NCBI GenBank assembly: GCA_021613535.1
Contig: CP075492.1
Span: 12,586,001-12,650,000, forward strand
Reading direction: 5' to 3'
DNA from: Adineta vaga
Taxonomy: Eukaryota; Animalia; Rotifera
Length of the DNA: 64,000 bases
Shown one piece after another: positions 14,262-25,041 of the stretch; the stretch's first letter is position 1, and each line of letters starts with the position of its first letter. Both the position numbers and the translations under genes were made by a program. Below the pieces are notes generated by a model. That model made no database searches. It saw nothing but the letters and a program-made list of their open reading frames with translations, and had not been told where the DNA came from.

Positions 14262-16471
14262 ATGGCTAATGCCGATGTACTTGATATTCTTTCGGATTCA
14301 ATAATACCAGCAAATCGTGGATCTGCAAATAAAGATGAAATCATACGAGAAAAAGTATGCATTTAAAATTCTTCGTTCAATATTTTATATCATTTCATTG
14401 AACTCATAGAAAAAAGGTCCAAAGAAAAGTATTCGTCGTCCAGAAGGTATGAAACGCGAAGTGTGGAGTCTCATCAACCAAGACGATCGGTATAGTACAA
14501 TAAACTTTTGTATCAAAGAAAACCATTTCAAGACATTTTATTTTTATTCTAGTGAAAGCGTTCCAATCGTTCCGACAGATACAAAATCCGGTGGTAATTC
14601 TTATACGAAATGGATCAAACATTCTGCTATGAAAGTTCGTCCATGGCAATGGACACCATTTACTAATTCAGCTCGCGGTTCGAATGATACATTTGTTCTC
14701 TATCATTGGCAACATAAAATAGATTCCAATGAACCAACACCAGAATATCCCTTTGCTAAATTTAATAAACATGTGGATGTACCAACATATACAGATATTG
14801 AATATGAACAATATTTACAAGATAAAGATTGGACTCGAACAGAAACCGATGTTTTATTAGATTTGTGTCGACAATTTGAATTGAAATTTTTACTTATACA
14901 TGATCGGTGGAACAATATTCTTTATCCGGATCGATCCGTCGAAGATTTAAAAGAAAGATATTATACAATATGTACTTCACTTGAATATGCTCGAACAAAA
15001 CGACATACGGATAAATATAATTTTGATGCTGCACATGAACGACGACGTAAAGAACAATTAAATAAATTATTAAGTCGAACAAAAGCTGAGGTAAGAAACA
15101 TTTCAGATGTAAATTCATGAATATCGACTCTTTTTCTATTTTAAGGAAGAAGAAGAATTATATTTGATGAACGAATTAAAACGTATCGAGAGTGAACGTA
15201 AAGAACGTGAGCGTATTATCTCACAAGATGTTCAAAAATTTGTTCAACAACAAGATTCAAATGTTTTAACTACAACAGTAACTACTCCAATACAACGTAC
15301 AGTCTCATCCTCATCACGACGATCATCAGTCAATCAAGATTATCTTCAACGTCTTAATAGTTCAACAAATCGAACACCAACAACACAACGAATCGTAAGT
15401 GAAATGAACGATGTAATGAATTGAAAATGATTCGGAAGGTTTTAGACTACATTTGAACCTCCAGTGGGAATCAAATTTCCTGAATTTAAACGTCCCGGTG
15501 TTTTTCTACGTAGTCAACGTGTAAGTACATTTTAAATTCAAGTCACACACGCAGAATTCTTTTCATTTAGATGATATTACCGTCTTCAATTCCAAATAAA
15601 AAATTAGCGGTTATCGATCAAGTTTTAAAACAATGTCAATTAGGTATGAAATTTAAATTCTGATTTGTCATAACAATGTATTTTTACTTTTAGATCGTAA
15701 TCCAATGGCAACGGAAGAAATCGTCGACGAATTTAATGATTTACGTTCGGATATTGTCCTTTTATTTGATTTGAAGAACGCTCTCAATTCAGCTGAATAT
15801 GAATTACAAACATCATTACATCGTTTAAAAAGTGAAAATGGACCTGTGAGCGTTGGTATTCCATCAGCACTACCATTGAGTGCTAGCAGCACTTCATCAA
15901 CCGATAATTCCAAAACAGTAATTGATTAATTTAATCTTAATTTAGTTATTATTGTTTCTTTTCATTAGTTTGATTTTCTCCTATCACAACCAAATACACC
16001 TGTTGATAATGTAACATCACCTCGACTATCAGATTCATTTGAACCATCCAATAATGTTCGTTCCAGTACTAGTGTAAGATTTCTTATGAGTCTGTTACTT
16101 AAGTCGAGAAATATAAAGTTCTTCATATTGAAAGTTCCTATGTACCTCGATTCATCATTATAACGAAGGGTGTGGCAATGTAATTACCATTGATTAAATG
16201 ATGTTTCTTTATTTGATGTAAAAAGAATATAAGTTATAGCGTATAAAATATTAAAGATAACATTACATGTTTGTCTGTGATTTCGTTATGAAAGAGAACT
16301 GAAATTTGATATGCATACTATGTTCGATGAGTGATTGGTCGAACATTTTCATGTACTCTTGTGACTCAATTTTAAATTTTTACGTTTTATTATTTTTACT
16401 TGCAGGAACGAAAACGTCGTGCACTTTCGTCACAAACATCGACGATAAAAAAGCGTGATCGACAAGCATAA
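14262..16471 (+). CDS. DMAP1: DNA methyltransferase 1-associated protein 1 (Swc4/Eaf2; NuA4/SWR1 subunit), multi-exon
   Basis: ADVLDIL, RRPEGMKREVWSL, VRPWQWTPFTNSAR, YPFAKFNK, SANT domain WTRTETDVLLDLCRQFELKF, RSVEDLKERYY, FDAAHERRRKEQL, GIKFPEFK, FNDLRSDIVLL; last exon 16407-16471. Confidence 0.95.
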
Positions 16472-16641
16472 TATCATTTGTATGTTTTCTGTTTCTACTG
16501 CACCGAAAGGTATTTTTCTTCGATTTTTCGGTTGGATATTATTGTTTGTCCTTGTTATGTTTTTTTTTCTCTTTACTATCAATGAATTCACTTGTAAATA
16601 TTAACTTGTCCTCTCAGTTATTCATTTTGTAGATATAAACG

Positions 16642-17397
16642 ATGAAATATATTGTGAATTGTGTTCTACTGATTTCCATTGCCATTTACTCTTCTGGTCG
16701 ACCTTTGTCTGAATGGACTCCGACAGCTGATGTAACATTGATCGATGAATGTTTAAAAAAGTCTTTACATCGTATCAATAATGATCAAAATGTTGAGTAC
16801 TCACAAAGTGACGCCAAAGATATTGTTTGTGCTACACATATTGAAGATGGTCTCCATATTAAATTATCCTTTACTCTTGAAAGACAAAGATGGGAATGTG
16901 CATTATATAAATTAAATGTTGAAACACTCAGTATTCAGACTGATAAATGTGAACAAGTCGAAGATGACAATCAACAGAAAAATCAACCATCATCCGATAA
17001 TGATCAAGAAGTCGATGATGAAGCTGAAATTGATAAAATGAATCAACAAAATCAAAATACAAATGACGATAATGAGGAACATGATGATGAAGCTGAATTT
17101 GATAAGACAAATCAACAAATTCAAAACACAAATGATGACGAAGAGCACGACGATGAAGCGGATTTCGAAAAAGAGTCCAATAGTAATGCACAAAATGTTG
17201 AGAATGATCATGAAAAAGACTCGAATAAAAGTAATGATAATGAAAACAATGATCAAGTTTCGGAACAAAAGACAGCGATTGAAGAAAAGAATACGGAAGT
17301 AAATAATGAAGGTGAAGATAATAATAATACTAACAAAGAAGGTGAAGAGACCAATAATAGCAATGAAGGTGAAGACACAAATACGAACAATGAATAA
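16642..17397 (+). CDS. Secreted protein: signal peptide, divergent cystatin-like domain, long D/E/N/Q-rich repeat tail
   Basis: Intronless 251-aa ORF; hydrophobic residues 4-16; G..SEW, helix, THIEDG at the position of the cystatin QxVxG loop, 4 Cys in the mature domain. Fold assignment is by pattern only. Confidence 0.6.
   Translation: MKYIVNCVLLISIAIYSSGRPLSEWTPTADVTLIDECLKKSLHRINNDQNVEYSQSDAKDIVCATHIEDGLHIKLSFTLERQRWECALYKLNVETLSIQTDKCEQVEDDNQQKNQPSSDNDQEVDDEAEIDKMNQQNQNTNDDNEEHDDEAEFDKTNQQIQNTNDDEEHDDEADFEKESNSNAQNVENDHEKDSNKSNDNENNDQVSEQKTAIEEKNTEVNNEGEDNNNTNKEGEETNNSNEGEDTNTNNE
16981..17394 (+). repeat. Coding tandem repeats: 3 x ~20-23 aa (NQQ..NTNDD.EEHDDEAEFDK) and 3 x 10 aa (NEGED/E...)
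   Basis: Directly visible in both the DNA and the translation. Confidence 0.85.
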
Positions 17398-18276
17398 GAA
17401 TCTTTTTCAATCATTTATAACAGTGATTTTGATCGATAGAAACGAATCAATATCTTTGTTTTTTTGTGTTTTTCTTTATGAATACTCATTCATTCATATT
17501 TGTTTTTAATCTTAAGTGAAAAATGATCTTTGTAACATAATGTTTTATTTGAATTTTTTTCATTTATCTTCAATCAATAGAAGAAAATCTTGAAAAGTAA
17601 TTGACAATTATTTATTGGAAGGTTATGTGATAACAAAACGTATTGAAAAGAAATCTTGAAGGCTACTGCAACTATTTCTTATATAAATTATCAATATGAT
17701 TTGTTTATTTTATCGGTTAAGTAATAAATCTTCGTACGATCATATTTCTGCTTTAAATCACCAATGATAGTGTTCTAATGATTATTGAAAGAGATAAAGT
17801 TTTCATAGAAATGCCATTGCTGACTATCTACTTCTATTTAAAGATCATCAACATCCGCATACATATAGAAGACAATTTTGTGGTAATCATTATCCATTCT
17901 TTTGATGACTTTTTTCCGGTTAACATATAGAATAATAGAATGGTTGTCCGATGAGTTCGTAGTCTATGATGAAACACGAGAAATTATCATTGCAATGAGT
18001 TTAATCACATTGTGCTTCACCGACGCACAATTACAGCTGGAATATGCATGTCATTTTTGTCTTATAGTAATGGTATTCCCTTTGGGGGGAAAGAGAAAAA
18101 ACCGATATAGCAATTGACAAGCGAACTAACTATCTTTTTTTCCTCTTTTTCTTTTTTTTGTCATCCTATTTCTCTGATCTTACCATCAATGGCGTCCTTC
18201 TTTGATCCATCAGAATGCCAAAAAAATAACTAATCATTCATCGATATATATATATACACGCGCCAAGTTATATGCA

Positions 18277-18657
18277 ATGAGCGAGTCTACAATGAAGATT
18301 GATCGTCTTATGACACGTCTACATCGTGGAATCCAACAATGTGAACATATCGAACAACGTGTCTGTCATACTGAAGAACGCTTTGGAAAACTTAATCAAT
18401 CTCTACAAACACTTTCTCATTTAATCGATGTTAGTTTCTTGATCTTGATTTCATCCGAGAAAGAAAAACTGACATGGTTACAATTAATCAAGACAAAAAA
18501 TGTGGATTTCAATAATCCCATATTTGAACAATTTATCTATCGTTTGGAATTATATTTGAATCGAACGATTACGGATAATAATGAAAAACGAGAATATGTT
18601 CAAACATTATTTCTTCTACAATCACCATCGATTATTTCATCCGATTTATTTGAATAA
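18277..18657 (+). CDS. Uncharacterised coiled-coil-like protein, copy A (N terminus intact)
   Basis: MSESTMKIDRLMTRLHRGIQQCEHIEQRV...; 3' three-quarters nearly identical to 22921-23209. Confidence 0.55.
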   Translation: MSESTMKIDRLMTRLHRGIQQCEHIEQRVCHTEERFGKLNQSLQTLSHLIDVSFLILISSEKEKLTWLQLIKTKNVDFNNPIFEQFIYRLELYLNRTITDNNEKREYVQTLFLLQSPSIISSDLFE

Positions 18658-18659
18658 TT

Positions 18660-18906
18660 GATTATTTGTTATCATCTGTTCCGATGTGGTTCTTGATCCA
18701 TTGGTAACTCCGAACGTAGCTGAAATTCCATCATCGGATAGCTCACCTTGGATATTATTCTCTAAAAAAACGATGCTTTATCGATATTATCTCGTTTAAA
18801 ATGACCATATGAACCTTCTTCTTGTTCCATTTGTTCCTAAGAATGCTTTATTGAGATAAAATCTACTTTGTTCAATTTCAATCGAATTACTCTAAGTGCT
18901 CTTTCA
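18660..18906 (-). pseudogene. Decayed remnant of the 3' exons and introns of the eIF2-alpha gene
   Basis: Aligns to 23282-23585 with many substitutions and a 54-nt deletion; no 5' exons follow. Confidence 0.85.
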
Positions 18907-19328
18907 AGAATAAAAACTAGAAGTAAAACTTTTCGATCAGTAAGGATACGTTTCGCTGTGATACATATTGGTAATCGTAGCATCAATGAGAGTTTTATTT
19001 GCAATAATTATACTGCATCCTGTTTATATGTGTATTATGGTGCATTTCAATTGGAAGTTTTTTATCACAATATATTCATCATTATGTGTATTGTAATTCT
19101 TAAGTCGACGAAAATATTGTTATGCTCTTGTTTAAAATAAAAACATTTCATCAGTTGATAATCCAATAATGTTAAATTTAAACGAATTAGTCGGTAAGTG
19201 AAAAAGATAAAAAATAATTTCTTCTGTTTCTCTTCAATCATTATCAGAACAAAGTCAGAATAAGCAACATATGATTGACTGAATTCATCTTGTTTTCATA
19301 AATATATAATCTTATCATGATTGTTTAG

Positions 19329-19698
19329 TGAACCAATTCGAAGTCAAACATTGGATATATTTGGTCATCCAGAAAAATTAAAATGTAGTTTAGCATCACC
19401 AAATCATTTGCTTTCACTCTACGATTCTCGTCTTTCCAAAATCAAAATTTATGATTTTCGTTATTTAACTGTACGTTTTTTGTTTCTCCCTCTGTCTTTG
19501 ATATTTGTTTACATTTGATGAAAATTATACTTTTAGATGAGACAAGTTGAATCCTTTGATAATCTATCATCATCATTTCTTGACTATCACTGGAGTATCG
19601 ATCAAATGGCGATTGTTGTTGCTACACATCAAGGCTTAATACATTGGATCGATATAAATGTACCATTAAATTCGAAAATTCTAACTAAAAGACAATGA
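19329..19698 (+). pseudogene. Orphan 3' exons of a probable WD40/beta-propeller gene
   Basis: Exons 19329-19470 and 19537-19698 join in phase 0 (..SKIKIYDFRYLT|MRQVESF..FLDYHWSIDQMAIVVATHQGLIHWIDI). The upstream candidate exon has stops in the required frame. Confidence 0.5.
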
Positions 19699-20934
19699 GT
19701 GAACAATGTGACTCTCTCTCTCTCTGTATATGTATGTTTTTTTAATAGTTTAATTGATTTAATTTAAAATATTTATTTTTGTATGGATACTTTGTTATTG
19801 TTCCTTTTCTTTTTTTTTCTTATTTGTATTTTCGATAATCTATGATGAAAATAAACGACATAGTACTGATCAAGATCTCAATCCAGCTCACGATGATTGA
19901 AAATGAATTCAATCAGAATAGGTCGGTTGAGTAGGGTGAGGGTGGATCTATGAGCAATCTTGCAAGATAATTGAACTATTTTTAGTTTTGTACGCAAATG
20001 TATGAGTACAATATTAACACACTAATACAAGCTGTTCAGTAAAATAATTGACACCGTGTATATTATTGATCTATGAAGAGTCGTCTATATATACTGATCT
20101 CATGTGTTCATACATTTTTTTTTAAACCTCGCTTAGAAGTAGCGACTTATCGATTGCGTCTATAGGTAACATGGTCAAACTATCTTTGAATACGGTGGGG
20201 GTTTGAAGCCGAAATATTTAGTCCACTAGACTCTAAAGGTACCAAGGATGCAAGAGAGCGTCGAGCATTAATATTGATATATAACAACTGGGCTACTCTT
20301 GCTTCGATTGCCTCTAGTGATGCATCAAAATTTGATTCTACTTCTCCATATATAGTATATTTTGGTTCATAGTGACATCTCTGCAGACGTTAGCATCCGA
20401 AATAGCGATAGCAGCAGCAATACTACAGATACGTATTACTTCCATAGAAAATGCAAATATTATATTAAGAAAACGAGAAACAATTATACTTTTCTGTTAC
20501 TGTTAATCTTCGTCAAATATATTCTCTACTGTACGAGAGAAATTATTCGACGCACAATACATGCTTTTAATTTCAATATATTTATCATTATACGATCGGT
20601 TGAGCTCATACAATAATCAACATTGTTCTGAATGGCAAATTGCAGCATCCGCTTTGTCTCTCTCACATTCATGTATATATATATATATATGCATACACAG
20701 CGTTAAATAATAATCTGTTCATGTAGTTCAACACTATAATTGTTTCGATTGGAAACTGATGAACAAAGTAATATTATCCTTATTAATGTATTATTTAATC
20801 TTTTTAATTCATGCTAGTTCCCTCAAAAGTAAGAAGCACATTATCAAGAATCTATTTTTTGTTTACTTATTCACAAATATATTATTCAACAAATGAGAGA
20901 CATTATCACAAATAACTATCCATGACAAAAGAAG

Positions 20935-22677
20935 ATGACTGATTATTTCAGCGATTTACCAATCGAACTAATTCACAAGATTTTCGACTACATTCCATCA
21001 TCTGATATTCTTACCTCTTTGTGCTACGTAAACGAACATTTTTGTGTACTTTCTCTTAGTTACTCTCGCTTTCAAATTGACTTTAGTGATGTAAAAAACA
21101 AGAAGCATTTCGATAACTTCTGTAGTCAATTATTTTCTATATCGTCTCAAATTATTTCAATATCATTTTCCGAGCAACTCGATCTAATGTTACCTCACAA
21201 GATTGAACGGTTCTTTTCCAGCTCTGACATCTTCAAAAATTCATTTTCGAACCTACGTTCACTTCGTTTATCTCATGTTGATGATAATTTGTGGATGGTA
21301 ATGAAAAATTATATTAAATCGCTCGAATCGCTCGTATCACTTTCTGTATATTCGGCCGATAACTTTTATACCAACAAATCAGAGAAGTTTATTACACAAT
21401 TATTAAATGATTTATCATTTATATCGTCGTCGCTTAAGTCTCTTTGTTTACGAACAATTAATTCCTATAATTGTTGAGATTGCAGTTGTAATGAAGGACA
21501 AATTTCTTCAATTGAAGACTTGGTTTTAGATAATATATCTATCGATGTTTCTTATATACATGCTGTAGCTCCTGCTTTACGTGTATTAGAGACAAGAACC
21601 GAGTTATTTGACTGGACTGCCATTGAACGTTCGTTTTCACCTCAACATTTAACAAAGTTATTTCTCGATGGCTTAAACAGTTTTTATTTTTCGACAATAG
21701 AAAAGTTACTTCATCAAATGATAAAACTAACTCATTTGACTATTGACGCTTATTATATGGGCTTTGACATAATCGATGGTGCTGCATGGGAACGAGTACT
21801 ACATAATATAACTACATTTAAATTCTCATTTAGTTTTCACAAAAGCACCTGGACACAAGAATCGGTTGAGCTCGAATCGTTTAGTACACCATTCTGGCTC
21901 GAAGAGAAACGCTGGTATGTTACGTACGATAGATGCACTGTTAGTGGATTCTCGTTACTTTATTCAACTCCTTATTTTAAAAATATATACTCATGGACAT
22001 ATGTAAAAGGACCTATCATGACAAAATCAACTAAACCACAAGTACTTTCATACAGTAACATCAATTATCTATATGTCAATTTGAAGTTTCCAATAAATAC
22101 TGAAATTCTACGCCGATTCACAAATATCCAGACATTAAACATTCGATATATAGATAGATATTTTTCAATATTGATTCGTGATATTGTTCCGTATCTTGAT
22201 CTATCGAAAATCACTATGTTTTTTATACAACCATGTTGTTTCACATTGGATCTAAATGTTCTTGTACGATTACTATCCAGTATGTCTCGGTTACGTTCTT
22301 TTGCTGCTCCAGTTACTTTTCTTAAGTTTCTTTCCGCTTACCTCTGGCCGAATATCAATCGATTACGAATAATGTTTAGTTTTCCGTCTGCTCCTCTGCA
22401 AGAAAAACAACTGACATCAAACGAGATTAATACATTGTACCACTCATTTGATCATGTCGAACATATCAGTTTCTTTCACGATACTGACTTTAATCTTGCC
22501 GATTATATAAATAATATGCCGAGCTCAATATTTAGTATAGTGATTCATCAACCTATCAACGTAACTGACTCTTCTTTCGATGAATATATTACATGTGCTT
22601 GGCTTGAGCGAAAGACACGATTGCGTAACTTTTCTTATTCATGCAACAAATTAAATATCGTAACTGTGTGGCTTTAA
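20935..22677 (+). pseudogene. F-box + leucine-rich-repeat gene interrupted by one in-frame TGA (21475-21477)
   Basis: FSDLPIELIHKIFDYI F-box; LxxLxL repeats; IIDGAAWE and SFSTPFWLEEKRWYV family motifs; the two ORFs are in the same frame with a single stop between. Confidence 0.8.
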
Positions 22678-22914
22678 TCCTATCTTTTGTTTTGACATCT
22701 TGGCTGTGTTTGAATATGTTAACTTTTTGTGTACATCTTATTGTTTTTTTTCTCTTTTTCGACAGTCATTATCTAATAAAACGTAGTTGTGAAATTCATC
22801 TTTGATAAACAATATCAGCTTGTTTAGGAGAAATAAATGACAATAGTGTATGTGTGGGTGTGGATGTGGGTGATGGCGGAGAGAAGATATACACACTCTC
22901 GCTATTACCCACGC

Positions 22915-23226
22915 GTTTTTCATACTGAAGAACTCTTTGGAAAACTTAATCAATCTGTACAAACACTTTCTCGTTTAATCGACGTTAGTTTCTTGGTCTT
23001 AATCTCATCCGAGAGAGAAAAACTGACATGGTTACAATTAATCAAGACAGAAAATGTGGATTTCAATAATCCCATATTTGAACAATTTATCTATCGTTTG
23101 GAATTATATTTGAATCGAACGATTACGGATAATAATGAAAAACGAGAATATGTTCAAACATTATTTCTTCTACAATTACCATCGATTATTTCATCTAGTT
23201 TATTTGATCAATTGAAAACAAAATAA
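22915..23226 (+). pseudogene. Copy B of the 18277-18657 gene, 5' end missing or replaced
   Basis: Similarity to copy A starts abruptly near 22921 (HTEE.FGKLNQS); the upstream in-frame sequence is a GT-rich low-complexity tract. Confidence 0.6.
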
Positions 23227-23254
23227 AACAAACAATTTATATTTCTATATAACG

Positions 23255-24765
23255 TCATTCTTTCTCTTCTTCAGCATCATCATTATTTATTATCACCATT
23301 TGGGATGTGATTCTCGATCCATTGGTAATTCCAAACGTAGCTGAAAGTTCATGATCGTCCAGTTCACCTTGGATACTATTCTCTAGAAGAAAAACGATGT
23401 TTTATTGATATAATCTCGTTTAAAATGACTATATGAACCTTCTTCTTCCTCTGAGCCATCAGTATCATCGCCAGGTTTCTGAGTCTTGTCCAATTCTTCT
23501 TGTTCCAATTGTTCCTAAGAATGTTTTATTCAAATAAAAATATAATTTGCTCAATTTCAATCGAATTACTTGAAGTGCTCTTTCATGAGCATCAGTGATC
23601 ACTTGTGGTTCCATTTTAACTTTAAATATTCCTCGATATTTTTCAATACTTTCTTTGATTCTTTCCATAACTTTTTTTAATGCATTGATACCTTTATTGC
23701 CATCCAAACATGTTGCTGTGACAACATAAAGTGGTGGAGTAATGAGGTTGATCTTTTCGGAAAATGCAAAAGTGAAAAATATATTTTCATAATTGGGATG
23801 ATTGTTTACTTTGACTGGCATTTCTTCAGTAGATTCTTTCAAACCATCTCTAAGTGCTGCTTTAACTGCGTCGATACCTTCATAATTAAAGCATGCTACT
23901 TCAACATCTATGAAATGAATGAAATGAATGAAATAGAAATTTCGAAAGATGGATAAAAAGGATGTTCTTTACCAGCTCGACATTTCACCGCTTGAGTAGC
24001 AAGATGACGATGAATGTTACTAATTAAAATTGTTCTGGTATTTTCATCAATCGGACAATCGTCGAGTTCTTTTTCATTACTAAAATATAATTATGTATGT
24101 GATATACTATCATGTTGAATAACATTTACTTCATAACTCGATGAAAAACATCATAAGCAGCACCCTGTTTTTTATCTCTTTGATCGTAAAACCAAGCAGT
24201 TTTCTCATATAATTCTTCAAATTCGTCATTTGTTTGTAATTCTAATTTTTCAGCTGTTTGGCGAAGAATGGTATTCACCTAAAAGACAAACTGTTTAGTC
24301 TTTTTTCTTCATTTTTCGTACAAATCAAACGAACTATTTTGCTTCGAAAGAACTTTTCTTCACATCTAGCGGCTTCTTCCGATGATGCACGACGTTTCGA
24401 TAAATCAATATAACCTTAGATGATAAGTTTTCATAATATCAAATTTATGCATTTCAAAAAGATTAATAATACCTTTCTCTTGATCAACACGAACAACAAC
24501 GACGACTTCATTTCGACCAACACGTACCAATTTATGAATCGAACGTATTCGACGAGGTGACAATTCTGTTAGTAGTATCATACCTTTTAGGAAAAATATC
24601 AATTTACAGAAAGAAAGAACGTATGAAAAATAATAAACCTTGTCTGTTATTATATTCGAAGAGATTTACATAAACACCTAATTCTTCGATTTGAGTGACA
24701 TTGACCATGACCAGATCTTCGACTCGCGGGAGCTGGTTTTTATAAAAACGACACGTGAGATGCAT
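23255..24765 (-). CDS. EIF2S1: Translation initiation factor eIF2-alpha, divergent copy, 9 exons
   Basis: [30 protein letters not shown]|[25 protein letters not shown]|[18 protein letters not shown]|[29 protein letters not shown], acidic tail; the exon joins I traced keep frame to TGA at 23255-23257. Confidence 0.93.
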
Positions 24766-25041
24766 TGTTTTGGATTTGTAAGATTTGATTTAATGTGCAG
24801 AGAGAAAATGTATTGAACTTATATACAAAATATCTGATGCAATTTTCAAAAAAATTTGCCTAGATTAGGTAAGCCTGTCAATATTGATCATGACGAAGAC
24901 AAATCGAGTAAATGATGTCTCTACTATCGCGTCATTGGATTGGAGAATCGTTTCTCTTTCCGTTGTATAACAATCAGCTGTGGTTTTTTTTCTTTTCGTA
25001 ATCTATTATACGAGTTACTGTTTTATTATAAGAAGTTGTAA

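Noticed and set aside
14490-14552. Apparent 21-aa insertion in DMAP1 in the ORF track
   Set aside because: It is a 63-nt GT-AG intron that happens to lack an in-frame stop.
22837-22914. Novel N terminus MTIVYVWVWMWVM on copy B
   Set aside because: Translation of a GT-rich simple repeat; no evidence that it is coding.
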